Shown here piece after piece: positions 6,670 to 17,920 of a stretch of 64,000 bases of DNA. Location: IMG/VR virus record IMGVR_UViG_3300035208_002115; one strand, 5' to 3'. The translations under genes and the position numbers were made by a program. The first letter of the stretch is position 1. Every line of letters starts with the position of its first letter. Below the pieces are notes generated by a model. It did no database searches and was not told the DNA's origin. It saw only the letters and a list, made by a program, of their open reading frames with translations. The DNA comes from a virus. Taxonomy: Duplodnaviria; Caudoviricetes.

Positions 6670-8457
6670 TTAGAATTGAGCTTCACCACCGCCTTGGGCT
6701 GCTCCACCACCTTGGGCTGCTCCACCACCAGTTTCACCACCACCTTGGGCTGCTCCACCACCAGTTTCACCACCACCTAATTCAGTCTGTGCGCCAGCAG
6801 CTTGTGAACCAAATTCACCACCACCGCCAGCTCCACCACCTAAATCAGCTCCACTTGTAACACCCATATCACTTCCACCACCTGCTCCACCTGCTCCACC
6901 TTCACCAGCAGGGGCAGATTTACCAGCTATAATAGGCATATATTTATACTTATTATTTTCTTGTATATCTTTTTCACTCAACATCATAATATTTCTGGCT
7001 AACCATTCTGGGTGAAAATATGAATTACCTTCTATATCTGTAAAATTTGATGTTAATGTTGAAACTATTTCAGCACGTTTAGCTAAATTGTTTAACCGTT
7101 TCCATTCTTCAAATAATTCGTCTTTATTAAAATTTAATTTCAAAGAAGAATTAAATACATTATCATTTTCCAATTCTGGAAAATCTAATATCATTTGAAT
7201 TTTAATCGGTTTAATTAATAATTCTTTAAAAACGGTTCTCGAACGATTAACATAATTTTTAAATTTAATTTCTTCTCTTGTTATATCAGATGCATCGGCA
7301 GAATAAATACTTCCACCACCAGATTCTGAATCAAATCTTGATAATGGTAATCTTGATGACCTTTTAAGGTTATTAGAAAACCATTGTAAAACAACATCTT
7401 CATTCAAGTTAACACCATCTGGTGATGTGACCTCAACTGTTGGTGATGTTCCCTCAGATGAAGGAAACCAGAAATCTTTTGAGTGAGGAATATTAGCACT
7501 ACCATTAATTTTAACTGTACCAAGTCTATCATCCCACTGAACATCTTCATGGTATTCACTCATCAACTGAAATATTTGTTGTTCAGCTTGCGCTCTGGTT
7601 AAACCATCAGTAGGTATAATAAATTTTTTATAAATAGCTGCTTGGTTAATATTATATAAAAGTTTTGTTTGTTCTAATAATTTTAGTTGATTATAAGGTC
7701 TAATTAAACTTTCAACATAAGAAGTTTCATTATAATCATTATTATTAGAATATGATATATAAATAATATTTGTATCTAATATAATTCTTCTTAATTGCGG
7801 ATTGTCTGGATTTTGTACCCAAACAATTGTCCCAGTAGTAGGTTCGGTTGCAACTACTATTGTGATAGGGTCAATTTTATTTAAAGAAATAATGTTTTTT
7901 TGTTTATTATCATAAACAACTTCAAACACTATATATCCATCAATAAGTAAATCCCTAAAATAGTTCCATGCCAATGCACCATCAGCGAATCCGAATAAAT
8001 GATAAAGTCTTTTAAAATTTTCATGTAATTTATCACGTATTTGAGATGAAAAATCATCTGGAAGGTCATTCATATATGCAAAAAAGTTGTCCGAATTGTA
8101 AATGATGGCTTCATCTGCCATTTGATTTAAAAAATCACGGATTTCTTCTTTAATAGAATATTGTCTTAATATTTTTCTTTTATCGAAATATGAACGGTCA
8201 AGATATGCTATTGATTTTTTTTCAAGCATTTTTGATATAATTCGCTTGGTGAATATATCATACATACCCGGCCCTTCAGTTACATTTCCTACATTTGAGG
8301 GGTCGCTTGGGTTTTCAGCAAAACCAATTAATTGAGTATTTCTAATAACTTGGTCTTGCCAGTTTTGTCCAAAACTGGATAATCGTCTTAATGTTCGATT
8401 AAAAAACCCACCTGAATAAATTCCATTATTTGCACCTGTATTATCGTAACCTGCCAC
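6670..8457 (-). CDS. gp20: Portal protein, T4 gp20-like, with a Gly-rich C-terminal tail
   Basis: FRDLLIDG, RPYNQLKLLE, DFWFP, RLPLSRF, ITREEIKF motifs; GTG start. Confidence 0.93.
   Translation of the reverse strand: MAGYDNTGANNGIYSGGFFNRTLRRLSSFGQNWQDQVIRNTQLIGFAENPSDPSNVGNVTEGPGMYDIFTKRIISKMLEKKSIAYLDRSYFDKRKILRQYSIKEEIRDFLNQMADEAIIYNSDNFFAYMNDLPDDFSSQIRDKLHENFKRLYHLFGFADGALAWNYFRDLLIDGYIVFEVVYDNKQKNIISLNKIDPITIVVATEPTTGTIVWVQNPDNPQLRRIILDTNIIYISYSNNNDYNETSYVESLIRPYNQLKLLEQTKLLYNINQAAIYKKFIIPTDGLTRAQAEQQIFQLMSEYHEDVQWDDRLGTVKINGSANIPHSKDFWFPSSEGTSPTVEVTSPDGVNLNEDVVLQWFSNNLKRSSRLPLSRFDSESGGGSIYSADASDITREEIKFKNYVNRSRTVFKELLIKPIKIQMILDFPELENDNVFNSSLKLNFNKDELFEEWKRLNNLAKRAEIVSTLTSNFTDIEGNSYFHPEWLARNIMMLSEKDIQENNKYKYMPIIAGKSAPAGEGGAGGAGGGSDMGVTSGADLGGGAGGGGEFGSQAAGAQTELGGGETGGGAAQGGGETGGGAAQGGGAAQGGGEAQF
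6685..6910 (-). repeat. Gly-rich coding repeats (GGETGGGAAQ / GGAG) in the portal tail
   Basis: ccaccaccttgggctgctccaccaccagtttca units; local GC spike. Confidence 0.85.
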
Positions 8458-8462
8458 GTTTA

Positions 8463-8798
8463 TTATTGACTATTTTTTAAAGAATTAATTGGAAACCAAT
8501 ATTCTTTTTTAAAAGGTATTTTTATATTACCGTTTATTATCAATTCTTTAGAAGTATTTTTAATATCATTCACATTGATTACTTCATATGTAAATGGTAA
8601 ATTTGCATCACCATTTATTTTAACTTCACCAAGACTATCATCCCATTGAACATCTTCATGATATTTTCTCATCAACTCATGAACTTGTTCTTTAGCTTCT
8701 TCTCTGGTTATACCATCAACTGGTATAATGAATTTTTTATGATTAAATTCAGTATGTTTTTTTTTAAATCTTTTATCAATAAAACTAAATAATCCCAT
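8463..8798 (-). CDS. Stand-alone partial portal duplicate
   Basis: KKFIIPVDGITREEA...YHEDVQWDDSLGEVKINGDANLP...EYWFP versus portal KKFIIPTDGLTRAQA...YHEDVQWDDRLGTVKINGSANIP...DFWFP. Confidence 0.85.
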   Translation of the reverse strand: MGLFSFIDKRFKKKHTEFNHKKFIIPVDGITREEAKEQVHELMRKYHEDVQWDDSLGEVKINGDANLPFTYEVINVNDIKNTSKELIINGNIKIPFKKEYWFPINSLKNSQ

Positions 8799-8916
8799 TT
8801 TTATGATATTTTATTTTATCTATATATAAAAATATTAAGTCTTTGTTTATTTTTTAGTTCCAATACTTATAAATTAAGAATATAAGGCTTGGGTCTTATA
8901 ATATTAGATTATTAGA

Positions 8917-9636
8917 TTATTTACTTATATTTTCAGATAATTTGTAATTTTTCTCAAATGCTTTTAATTTTTTATAAAATGCTTTTGTATCTTCATCATA
9001 TTCTAATTTTATATTATCATATTCAGTTATTATATCTTTTAATTTCGTTTTAAATCCTTCAGAATCGGTCTTTTCGACAAGTTCTTTCATTAATGCTGAA
9101 TTAACGTAACGAGTATTCAGAAATATAAATCTATCCATGATATTCGTGGATATTATATTTACTTCTTCTATTTTTAGAACATCAAATGCAGTCACGGAGA
9201 ATTCAAACCCACCATTCTTTTTTAAAGCTTTGTAAATATTTTCGAATGTTATACCTTTTAGAGGCATCTCACTTGATACATCAGATATATCAATATTTTT
9301 ATCAATAATAGATTGATATAAATAAAATAATTGACCAAAGAATTCTATTTTATACTCATATGGTAAATAATCCAGATTTATACAATAAAGAATGTTTTTA
9401 TTTTTCCACACTTTATATTCTAATGGTAATATCGGACAAAATATTTTATTACCATTAAAATTATATAATATAAGATAGAAATGACCTATGGATAGATTTT
9501 TTAAAGAAATAGTTTTAAATTCATTATTTTGATGTTTTCTTAAATAAAAAATTCGTTCAGTAGATTCAAGTGTAATAGCAGTTAAATTATATGAATACTG
9601 ATTAAAAATATTATAACCTTGTTCTTTTAGATTCAT
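8917..9636 (-). CDS. Probable DNA end protector, T4 gp2-like
   Basis: GHFYLILY...CINLDYLP resembles gp2 GxNLHYLP; adjacent to gp4. Confidence 0.55.
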   Translation of the reverse strand: MNLKEQGYNIFNQYSYNLTAITLESTERIFYLRKHQNNEFKTISLKNLSIGHFYLILYNFNGNKIFCPILPLEYKVWKNKNILYCINLDYLPYEYKIEFFGQLFYLYQSIIDKNIDISDVSSEMPLKGITFENIYKALKKNGGFEFSVTAFDVLKIEEVNIISTNIMDRFIFLNTRYVNSALMKELVEKTDSEGFKTKLKDIITEYDNIKLEYDEDTKAFYKKLKAFEKNYKLSENISK

Positions 9637-10130
9637 TTCAATATTTTAGCTTTTTCAAGATGTTTTTCAGTTATAATCACAAATTGTAAACCTCTTTTAG
9701 CACACCATTCTACTGCTTGACTCCATTTCAATTTATTTTTTATATAGGTCTTTAATGAGTACTCAAAATTTTGTAGAGATTTTATAGATTCTTTCATTGG
9801 TTTTTGTGGCGGTTGAGTTTCTTTATATGGTTTTAGTTCAACTACCACTTTATCTATCTTTTCAGGGTCTGATTTGTTTACACATTCATAATAAAAATCT
9901 GGATAATAACGATGAAAATTACCAAGTGTATCTTGATATGTTATTGTAATTCCTTCTGAGTTCCACTTAGTAACATTTTCGTTTAAATCCAGAAATGAAC
10001 AGAATTTCATTTCCCACGAAGAACGAAATGCAATTCTTGTTGGGTCACCCATATACTTTTCTGGATTAATTAATTTGTAATATCCTTGGTGATATTTTTG
10101 AGACTGATTTGGTTTAGAAATATTACCCAC
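9633..10130 (-). CDS. gp4: Head completion nuclease, T4 gp4-like (TnsA-type endonuclease)
   Basis: NPEKYMGD, RSSWE, WNSE, RYYPDF, ELKP, NKLKW, FVIITE motifs. Confidence 0.9.
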   Translation of the reverse strand: MGNISKPNQSQKYHQGYYKLINPEKYMGDPTRIAFRSSWEMKFCSFLDLNENVTKWNSEGITITYQDTLGNFHRYYPDFYYECVNKSDPEKIDKVVVELKPYKETQPPQKPMKESIKSLQNFEYSLKTYIKNKLKWSQAVEWCAKRGLQFVIITEKHLEKAKILK

Positions 10131-10139
10131 ATATAAATT

Positions 10140-11030
10140 TTATTTTTTAATCATATGTTGACAAACAATGTTTATCCATTTATTTTTAACACATGTATTA
10201 TAAGCACTGACACATCCGTGTTCAAAACTATGCTTACTATTATATTTTAGTGCTTCTTCTTTGCATTTTTCAAATGTCCAATAACCTCTCGGTTTTTTAA
10301 TGCTTTGCAAGTCTTTGGTTAGTTCTTTATACCACCCATGTCTCGTTGACGAACGGTATGCACCACTATATTTTTTTCTAAATTCATTTTTAGTTTTACA
10401 ATTTATTATAACTTTTTTACAGTTATCATATGTCCACATTAAATTTGAACCACCAAGACCACCTGTTTTAGTTTTATTTAATATATTAAACCCATGTAAT
10501 TTAAAAATATTTAACCAAAATTCTTCTAATTTTTGCGATTCTTTGTATGATATATATCCAGTTAATTTTATAAAAGATGGTATTAACCCACTTTTAACAA
10601 TATATTTATTAACCAAACTTTTTTCAGTTTCTAAATGTTGTTTTTTTCTTTTAATAAAATTATATGTCAATCCAATGTACACACTACCATCAGAAAAATA
10701 TACCATATATATTAAACGATTAAATCTATCTCCTGACACTTCCATGTGTTTACATACATCATCAATCCAATTATTTTCTAAGCATTTCATATAAGCTGAA
10801 GTTGACTTTTTAGAAAATTCTCCTTTAGTATTATATTTTAATGCTTCTTTTTTACAATTTTCATATGTCCATATAACAATATGACCATTTGAACGGGACA
10901 TATGTTTACAAATATCATCTAACCATTTATTTTTACGGGAAGTTTCATAGACTTTATTATGATTTTTTCTAAAATCACTTCTTCTATTATATTTAGATGC
11001 AACTTTCTCACAATAATAGTAATCTAACAT
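10140..11030 (-). CDS. GIY-YIG homing endonuclease with repeated helical DNA-binding units
   Basis: LIY...VYIGLT...RKKQH core flanked by four CKxxALKY...F...AY...W repeats. Confidence 0.8.
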   Translation of the reverse strand: MLDYYYCEKVASKYNRRSDFRKNHNKVYETSRKNKWLDDICKHMSRSNGHIVIWTYENCKKEALKYNTKGEFSKKSTSAYMKCLENNWIDDVCKHMEVSGDRFNRLIYMVYFSDGSVYIGLTYNFIKRKKQHLETEKSLVNKYIVKSGLIPSFIKLTGYISYKESQKLEEFWLNIFKLHGFNILNKTKTGGLGGSNLMWTYDNCKKVIINCKTKNEFRKKYSGAYRSSTRHGWYKELTKDLQSIKKPRGYWTFEKCKEEALKYNSKHSFEHGCVSAYNTCVKNKWINIVCQHMIKK

Positions 11031-11091
11031 TATAATAATTGTTATTTTTATAATATTATATATTTATAAAATGATTACTAAAAATATTTAC

Positions 11092-11316
11092 TTAAACAGG
11101 ATTTAATATTTTTTCGTATTTATTATTAAAAAATCTAATAATACGTTTTTTTCCCATAACAATATTACTAACTACTTCGTTCTTAAATTCAACATACACT
11201 ACCAATTTGTCTTGGATATAACACGATTGAATTTTAGAAAGGTTCTTATCACTCTGGATACACTCGATTAGATGATTTTGATTACGTTCTTTTAATAAAT
11301 CAATTACAGTTGTCAT
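11092..11316 (-). CDS. Hypothetical protein
   Basis: ORF track; AATATATA upstream. Confidence 0.55.
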   Translation of the reverse strand: MTTVIDLLKERNQNHLIECIQSDKNLSKIQSCYIQDKLVVYVEFKNEVVSNIVMGKKRIIRFFNNKYEKILNPV

Positions 11317-11411
11317 AAAGATAAAAATATTTTTTTAGAGTTCGGTTAGGTATCTATATATTTTTATCTTAAAAAAACTTTTTGTTTTTACTGGATTACA
11401 AAAATTATTTT

Positions 11412-11795
11412 TTAAATATTATGTAAACCTTTTCCATCATTCGAAGAATCCAAACTGATAAATACTAAATTATCTTCACTATAACTTTTTTTATTGGATA
11501 TAGTATTCCAACCATCTGCTATTCCACGTTTAAAAATCTCTGTCATATATGGTAAGGCCAGTGAAAATTTCTTTTCATTGAATCCTTTCCAATTTTCAAA
11601 CATCCGAAGAAGTCCCTGTTGCATACAATCTTCTTTATCTTCTTTATTCTTATAAGAAGCTTCTTTTTTTCGGATAGTTTCTTTAGCGATTAATATGAAC
11701 ATTTTTTCTGCCGTTCTGGTAAGTTTACCACGACCTTTAGATAATACTATTTCATAATACAAATCATTATCATTTAAATATTGTGCCATAAGCAA
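11412..11795 (-). CDS. gp55: Late-transcription sigma factor, T4 gp55-like
   Basis: YLNDNDL...EDCMQQGLL...FNEKK...PYMTEI resembles gp55 YVNNKEL...DMIxDG...F..EK..FAYFTQI. Confidence 0.75.
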   Translation of the reverse strand: MLMAQYLNDNDLYYEIVLSKGRGKLTRTAEKMFILIAKETIRKKEASYKNKEDKEDCMQQGLLRMFENWKGFNEKKFSLALPYMTEIFKRGIADGWNTISNKKSYSEDNLVFISLDSSNDGKGLHNI

Positions 11796-12008
11796 AATAA
11801 AATTATTTTTTTGGGCAATAATAAAATAAAAAATATTTTATGCTAAATATGCTTATGTCTATTTTTGTCTGCTTATAATGCTTTCGAATTAAATTATTGT
11901 ATTTATATAGTTAAATACGTAAAAAAATAAAAATAATTACTTTTTAAATAAAAAAAATGTTTACCAATTTAATGATAAACATTTTATTATAGTCAATTTT
12001 CAACTAAT

Positions 12009-12440
12009 TTAATTTCCGATTTCAATTTCACAGACTTTCTTATCGTAATAAATGGTTAAATCTTTTGGAAAATACGATACCTCTTTTTCAGAATCAATAT
12101 CAACTGTACAATCTATTTTTTCATATTTAAAATCAATAGTTTCTTCTACTGGTTCACCTACAATGTTACCGAGTTCATCAGTAGTAGTTATCTCAATTAT
12201 CCCAGTGATTTTTTTAACATACGCTTCAATTCTTGACAACCCTATATTTGATTCATCATTAAAAACTAACCCCCAATAAACAACAATGTTTTTACATTCA
12301 TATTCCACATCGTCATTTTTTGGTGTATTAGCTAAATAACATTCATTCGAATCCAATGTGGTAACATATTCTTTATCAAGTTTAATATAATTAACATCTA
12401 TTTCCGAAATACCTTCAAAAAACTTATTAAATGTTTTCAT
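12009..12440 (-). CDS. Hypothetical protein with a capsid-targeting-like N-terminus (MKTFNKFFE)
   Basis: ORF 12009..12476; internal ATG (MKTF) at 12440 preferred. Confidence 0.6.
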   Translation of the reverse strand: MKTFNKFFEGISEIDVNYIKLDKEYVTTLDSNECYLANTPKNDDVEYECKNIVVYWGLVFNDESNIGLSRIEAYVKKITGIIEITTTDELGNIVGEPVEETIDFKYEKIDCTVDIDSEKEVSYFPKDLTIYYDKKVCEIEIGN

Positions 12441-12524
12441 TTTTAATATGTTATCATAATTTTTGCACGATAACATAACTAATGATATTAAGCAAAAGTT
12501 ATGTTATCATGCTATAATTTAGAA

Positions 12525-13811
12525 TTATACTGATTGCTGCCTTCTTGCAGTTTTCTTATCATTCTTAATTTTCTGAGATTCTTTAATCAAATTGTGTTTT
12601 ACTATCAATAGATTATCGAAAGCTGTTTTTAAATTTTTATCATTCTTCAACAGTTCACCTTCTGATTTAAGCATATCGATAGCTTCGTTAGTTTCCTTAA
12701 TTTTATTTTCTATTTTCTGTTCTCTATCTTCAAGAGCTTTCAAATGTTTCAGTTCTTTAGATAACTTATTTTCAAAAAATGTGGTTACATCATAATCAAG
12801 TTCTTTACGAATATCATTAATCATAGTATTAACTGATTCATATTGATAAAATCTTGAACCAGTCCTTTTATCTATTGAATATAGATACATACTATCTTTA
12901 TAATTAATAGCAACTGCTTCCATAAATGGTTTAGCTAAGTTAGAAACTTTAATAGCAACATCTAAATCAACAAACTTATCAAGGTTTTCATTAACAGTTT
13001 TTAATATCAGGTAATAGTCTTTTTTTAAATAAGGAATAATAGGTGAATTGAATACGTTTTCAAGATTCGATTCAACATCAGCTTTTTCTTCATTTAAAAA
13101 TAAAGAACCATCTTTAGTAGACAGAGAGATTCGAAGATTTTCGTCAATTCTGAATGTTATAAGCTTGTCAGTTATTTCAGCTCTTTTTATAGCTTCTTCT
13201 AATAAACGAATTCTTCTTATTTCTTTTTCTTCTTTAATATAATCATCAGGAATAACTTGTTTAACCTCAGATTCTTTGAATAAAAACCAACGGTCAACAA
13301 CATAAGCTAAAATACCATCGTTTATTTTTTCAACCAATGTAAATACCTTTTCACCTTTACCAGAATTTCTATAATTCTGAATTTCGATTGGATTTTTCTT
13401 AATCTCCAACATGAACATTTTTATTTCTGGAATCCAATCATAAATAACCAATTCGTTAACAATTGATTCCATCTTTTCTTCGTCTGAATTCTTAGAAATA
13501 ATATTTAAAATAGTATTTAAAGGTTGACGATATAAATGTGCATGATTCTTACGTTCAACTTTACGATAAAGGTCTTTTAAATCGGCAGTTAAAGTATTCT
13601 GGTCAATTTCTGATTTTAAACCTTCCAATAAACTTTTCACGTCATCATCGTATGAAAATTTTCCAAGTTTTTCATTCAAAGAAGAATAAACTTCTTTTTC
13701 AGAATATCTGTCACATGCAACAATGTGATGTTCAACTATTGCAGATAATTCAGTCTGGTCAATAGTTAATTTTTTATTAAAATTAAAGAGTTCTAATTTA
13801 AAGTTTTTCAT
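12525..13811 (-). CDS. Coiled-coil protein, probably late or structural
   Basis: 428 aa with a C-terminal coiled coil; AATATATA upstream; in the head cluster. Confidence 0.6.
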   Translation of the reverse strand: MKNFKLELFNFNKKLTIDQTELSAIVEHHIVACDRYSEKEVYSSLNEKLGKFSYDDDVKSLLEGLKSEIDQNTLTADLKDLYRKVERKNHAHLYRQPLNTILNIISKNSDEEKMESIVNELVIYDWIPEIKMFMLEIKKNPIEIQNYRNSGKGEKVFTLVEKINDGILAYVVDRWFLFKESEVKQVIPDDYIKEEKEIRRIRLLEEAIKRAEITDKLITFRIDENLRISLSTKDGSLFLNEEKADVESNLENVFNSPIIPYLKKDYYLILKTVNENLDKFVDLDVAIKVSNLAKPFMEAVAINYKDSMYLYSIDKRTGSRFYQYESVNTMINDIRKELDYDVTTFFENKLSKELKHLKALEDREQKIENKIKETNEAIDMLKSEGELLKNDKNLKTAFDNLLIVKHNLIKESQKIKNDKKTARRQQSV

Positions 13812-13991
13812 TTTATTTTCATTATTTTTTCTTTTAAGTTGTACCTTTTCTTTTTTTATATTGTACTTAAAGTATAGTTATATATTAAATAAAAATGTCT
13901 ATTTTTTCCATATTTGGTGGAATTTCTTTCTATAATTTTTTTATTAATTTTAAAAAGATTATTTTTGAGAATTAATTAAATATATAGTAAT

Positions 13992-16971
13992 ATGATACCA
14001 GTTATAAAAGAACCAAAGGAACTCTTTCTTGAATTTCACATTCATGAACACTGTTTTTTCTGTCAAAAACCAACTGATACTTGGCACAACGGAACAAACC
14101 AGCCTGTTTGTAAAAAATGTGCAAAGGTTCATAAGGTATCTGAATTACCGAAGGCTCATCCTAAATATAAACCTGTGCCTAAACAAAAAATAATTGCATA
14201 ATATGGATATTTTTAAAAAAGATAAAGGGGATTGGATTGATAAGCATTTTAAACAAGTAGAGGCTGATAAAATGAAAGCGTGTAAACACGAGCGTAGGAA
14301 AGATTTGACCAACGGTTTAGGTGTTGAAAGAAATTTTTATTGTCCAGATTGTAAGACACATTGGTACAAAGGAAAAATATGGCCTGAAAAAGAATGGAAC
14401 GCTTATGTAAATGATTTTTCTGATACTGATATTGATTCTAAATAAATTATTATGAGTTACATGAACGATAACATTTATATAAAAACTAACAAAGATGGAA
14501 CGAAAACTATTATTTCATCTGGTGTCATAAATAGTGATTTGGGTCATTTCACGGGAACAGCTCAAACACACATATATTCACACAAACTTGAAAAGGTTGT
14601 CTGTGGTTCAAAAAGCTTTCATGGTTGTGGCTTAAATCATGATTTAGATATAGAATTATCAAAAGAAATAGGACACGCCCAAGGAATAAGCTGTAAAAGA
14701 TGTAGAAACTGGTTTAAAAAGAATTATTTATAATTAAATATATCAATATGGAAAAAATTATATTGGAATATGGAATGAAACTTTTGTTTCCCTGTCGTCC
14801 TTATCATGTTGTTGTTCCTGAAATTGGTTTCGGGTTGACATCATCATCGGATGAATCAGAACAGATATTGATGGAAGTTTGTAAATTTTGGGAAACAGAC
14901 ACAGACCCAAATAAATATAAAGTTAAATTAGTTCCCATGATGGAAGATGATAAAACACGTTTTCCTTGTGAAAAACTATATTCCAGTGACTTGATTAAAC
15001 TCATAGACGAGGGAACGGCTCTCGTAATTAGGGTAGTTGATGATAAAACTTTTGATGAATTGAAACAAGAGGCCATCTCAGAAGAAATGAATGACTGGGA
15101 TACTGAACAAGAAAAAACGAACGTTTAAAAGAAGACAATGAAAATTGGCTTCTGAGTAAATTTGGGTTTGGTAAAAAAAACTAATGATATGGCAGCCATA
15201 ACATTCAAATTATCCAGCAAAAAAGATTTCATAGAAATCATAGAGAAAAATACCCTCGTAGAAATATGGAAACATATTCGTTTTTACATCAATGAACCAA
15301 GAAATTGGATTATTGAAGAATGTGAGGATGGTGAAATGGTTGACTGTATGTGTGCTTATACGTTTTTAAGTATGTATAAAGACGAAACTGATTTACCACT
15401 ATTAATATCTGATATCTTACCTTAAAAATTTTACTATATGATTCGTTTCAAATTATTAGACGAAAATGATAACTATAAAGAATATGTTATCGAACTTGAT
15501 TTTGAAAATTCAGATGATTTTTTTGACTTCATTGATACTGATGAAGATTATGATGACTTCATGCATGAAATGGAATGTGGTCATAACCCTTGGTGCGGTG
15601 TTCATGACGGCACAGGTGGTATTGATAAAGATGGTACTGAGTGGGATGGATTTCACTCTTATGAAATAAAAGATTTTGATGCAGCCATCGAAAGGTGGTC
15701 AAATTTTTTCAAGAATAAGAAACGTTTATTAAACCTAAATCAATAATATGTATTGTTACGAATGTGCAAAAAACGGTAAAATTCATTTTGTACCATCTGG
15801 TTATAGCGAATGTGCATATGGTCATAATATACATGTGAGTTTAGATAAAAAACTTACAGTACCTAAAATGCTTGATGATATCAAATCGAATTGTGTTTAA
15901 AAAAAATAAAAATGAAAACAATAAAACAAGGATTAGATGAAGCTTACAAAAATGCTGGTATAAATGCATATTTTGGTAGTGGATTCGATGCAGGTATTGA
16001 ATTTGCAGAAAGTGTAATTAAAATTGAAGATGAATATCCTTCAATGAAAAACGGTTTTATTGATGAACTTGTTTTAGTATGTGTCCGTAATAAAAATAAA
16101 GAGGATGGTATTATACTTTGGGATTTATGTTCATTTGATGGAGAAACATGGTCAAAAAGAAATAATACTTGGGAAATAATAATAGGTTGGAGACCAATTT
16201 TACGTTCCAAATCGGAAACCCCATTAGTCGGTTTATAAACAGATAACACAACAATTTATATATTAATAAATATTAAATCACAATAATATGAACAATCATT
16301 ATCAAAGAGTAAAGCAAATAATGGATATCCCATCCAGTGATTTACAACATCACATGAAACGTGTAAAGAACATTGTTGATGTGAAAGCTGTTGGTGATAT
16401 TGACAAGCAGAAAAAATTAGCTGTTACGATGGCTAACCGTATTACAGATATAGATAAGTGTTTCGGTCGTCATCTTGTTTCACAAGAATTAAATCAGACC
16501 CATCTGGCTAAAATTTTCCTTAATCGATTTAAAGAATTGACTTATTCCACGAAGGATTATCGTAGGGAAAAGTTATTAGAAATATTTGGAGATTGGGATG
16601 ATGAACCTGAAAAAAAATAATCAATGGAAAAAAATATAATATATTTTGGACAACCAGCTAAGATTTGTTGTGATGAAAAATGCAACAAAGCTTGGGGTAT
16701 TGCATTAAGACCTAAAGAACAATTATCGGATGCTGTTGATGATGTCGTTTTTCTTTCAGATGATGAACTTGGAGATGCACCAGAAAACCCCCAAACTTGG
16801 GAAGGTGATGATGGTAAACCAACATGTGATTCTGAGAAAATGAATAAATGGTGCGCCCGTCAATGTGAAAGGTGTGTTATGACAGAATATTGTAAACCAG
16901 ATGAACCATTAAAATTAAAAGATTGGAGTCACAGAAGATATAATATTCCAAGTAAACATACAACAGAGTGA
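13992..16971 (+). CDS. Cluster of about 10 small plus-strand hypothetical genes, several with Cys/Zn-finger motifs (13992, 14194, 14452, 14748, 15162, 15438, 15891, 16288, 16624)
   Basis: Closely packed co-oriented ORFs with CxxC pairs; 16288..16620 ends RREKLLEIFGD. Confidence 0.7.
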
Positions 16972-16976
16972 AAGGT

Positions 16977-17486
16977 CTAAGAAATTAGACCTTTTTTAAA
17001 ATGTTTTACACTCAATATTTCTAAATTATTATTAGCATTAAGATTTATTTCTTTTTCATGGGGGTAATTTATATTATGTAAAATAGTGTCTTCAAAGTTT
17101 ATGTTTTCAACTGGTGTTTTTATTGTGACAATATATAAGTTTTCAGGTTTAGCATTACCCAAACCTATCTCAAATAAAAAATCCTTATTAAATAAATTTT
17201 TATTGTAAACAAAATTAGTTCCAAGGAATTCTTTTTTTAAATCATCAACATTGGGTAAATCCAATATTCTATAAAGAATTATTTCATTCTTTCCTTTTAA
17301 ATATTCTTGGGCTGCTGCTATTGTTTCCACAGCAGTTTCTTTATAGTAATCATCATATTCAGCCGTATCTTCGTCACTATCTATAATAGATAAAATATCA
17401 TCTTCACCCAATTCTAAAAATATTTTTAAATTCATAGTAGATAGATTTTCTGGGTTGAATTCTTCAAATAATTTTAGATATTTCAT
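16977..17486 (-). CDS. Hypothetical protein with capsid-targeting-like N-terminus MKYLKLFEEF; possible ADP-ribosyltransferase fold
   Basis: ILYR...LG...HEKEI pattern is reminiscent of R-S-E ARTs (weak). Confidence 0.5.
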   Translation of the reverse strand: MKYLKLFEEFNPENLSTMNLKIFLELGEDDILSIIDSDEDTAEYDDYYKETAVETIAAAQEYLKGKNEIILYRILDLPNVDDLKKEFLGTNFVYNKNLFNKDFLFEIGLGNAKPENLYIVTIKTPVENINFEDTILHNINYPHEKEINLNANNNLEILSVKHFKKGLIS

Positions 17487-17500
17487 TTTTATTACTTTTT

Positions 17501-17905
17501 TTAAGAAACATAACTTACTATTTCATACCTACCATTTTCCATCATATGCCAAGATAACCACAAACCAGCATTTTCATAAGGTGTGTAAAATGTTATATCA
17601 TCTCGTGTTTCTGAACTCATTTTATCGGCAAGATTAAAAATAGTATTACTATCTTCACCTAATAAAAAACCACTCCAGTAAGTATTATCTTCCATTACTG
17701 GAACAATACCATATTTATCTAAAACTGCAAATAATTCATCAAGTGGGATTTCATCGAAATAAGTAGGTTTAGTTACTTCCCTAATATCTTTATTTATTTT
17801 TTTCTTTATAGGCGCATTGAGATGTTGAATCTCTCTTTTATACATATCTTTTATTTTATCTTGTCTTAAATTTTCATTCAAGAAATTTTCAAATTTTGTT
17901 TTCAT
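17501..17905 (-). CDS. Hypothetical protein with capsid-targeting-like N-terminus MKTKFENFLNE
   Basis: ORF track; downstream of the gp15-like gene. Confidence 0.6.
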   Translation of the reverse strand: MKTKFENFLNENLRQDKIKDMYKREIQHLNAPIKKKINKDIREVTKPTYFDEIPLDELFAVLDKYGIVPVMEDNTYWSGFLLGEDSNTIFNLADKMSSETRDDITFYTPYENAGLWLSWHMMENGRYEIVSYVS

Positions 17906-17920
17906 TTTAATTATTATTTT

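Noticed and set aside
6630-6860. His-rich 76-aa plus-strand ORF
   Set aside because: It is the antisense shadow of the Gly-rich portal tail.
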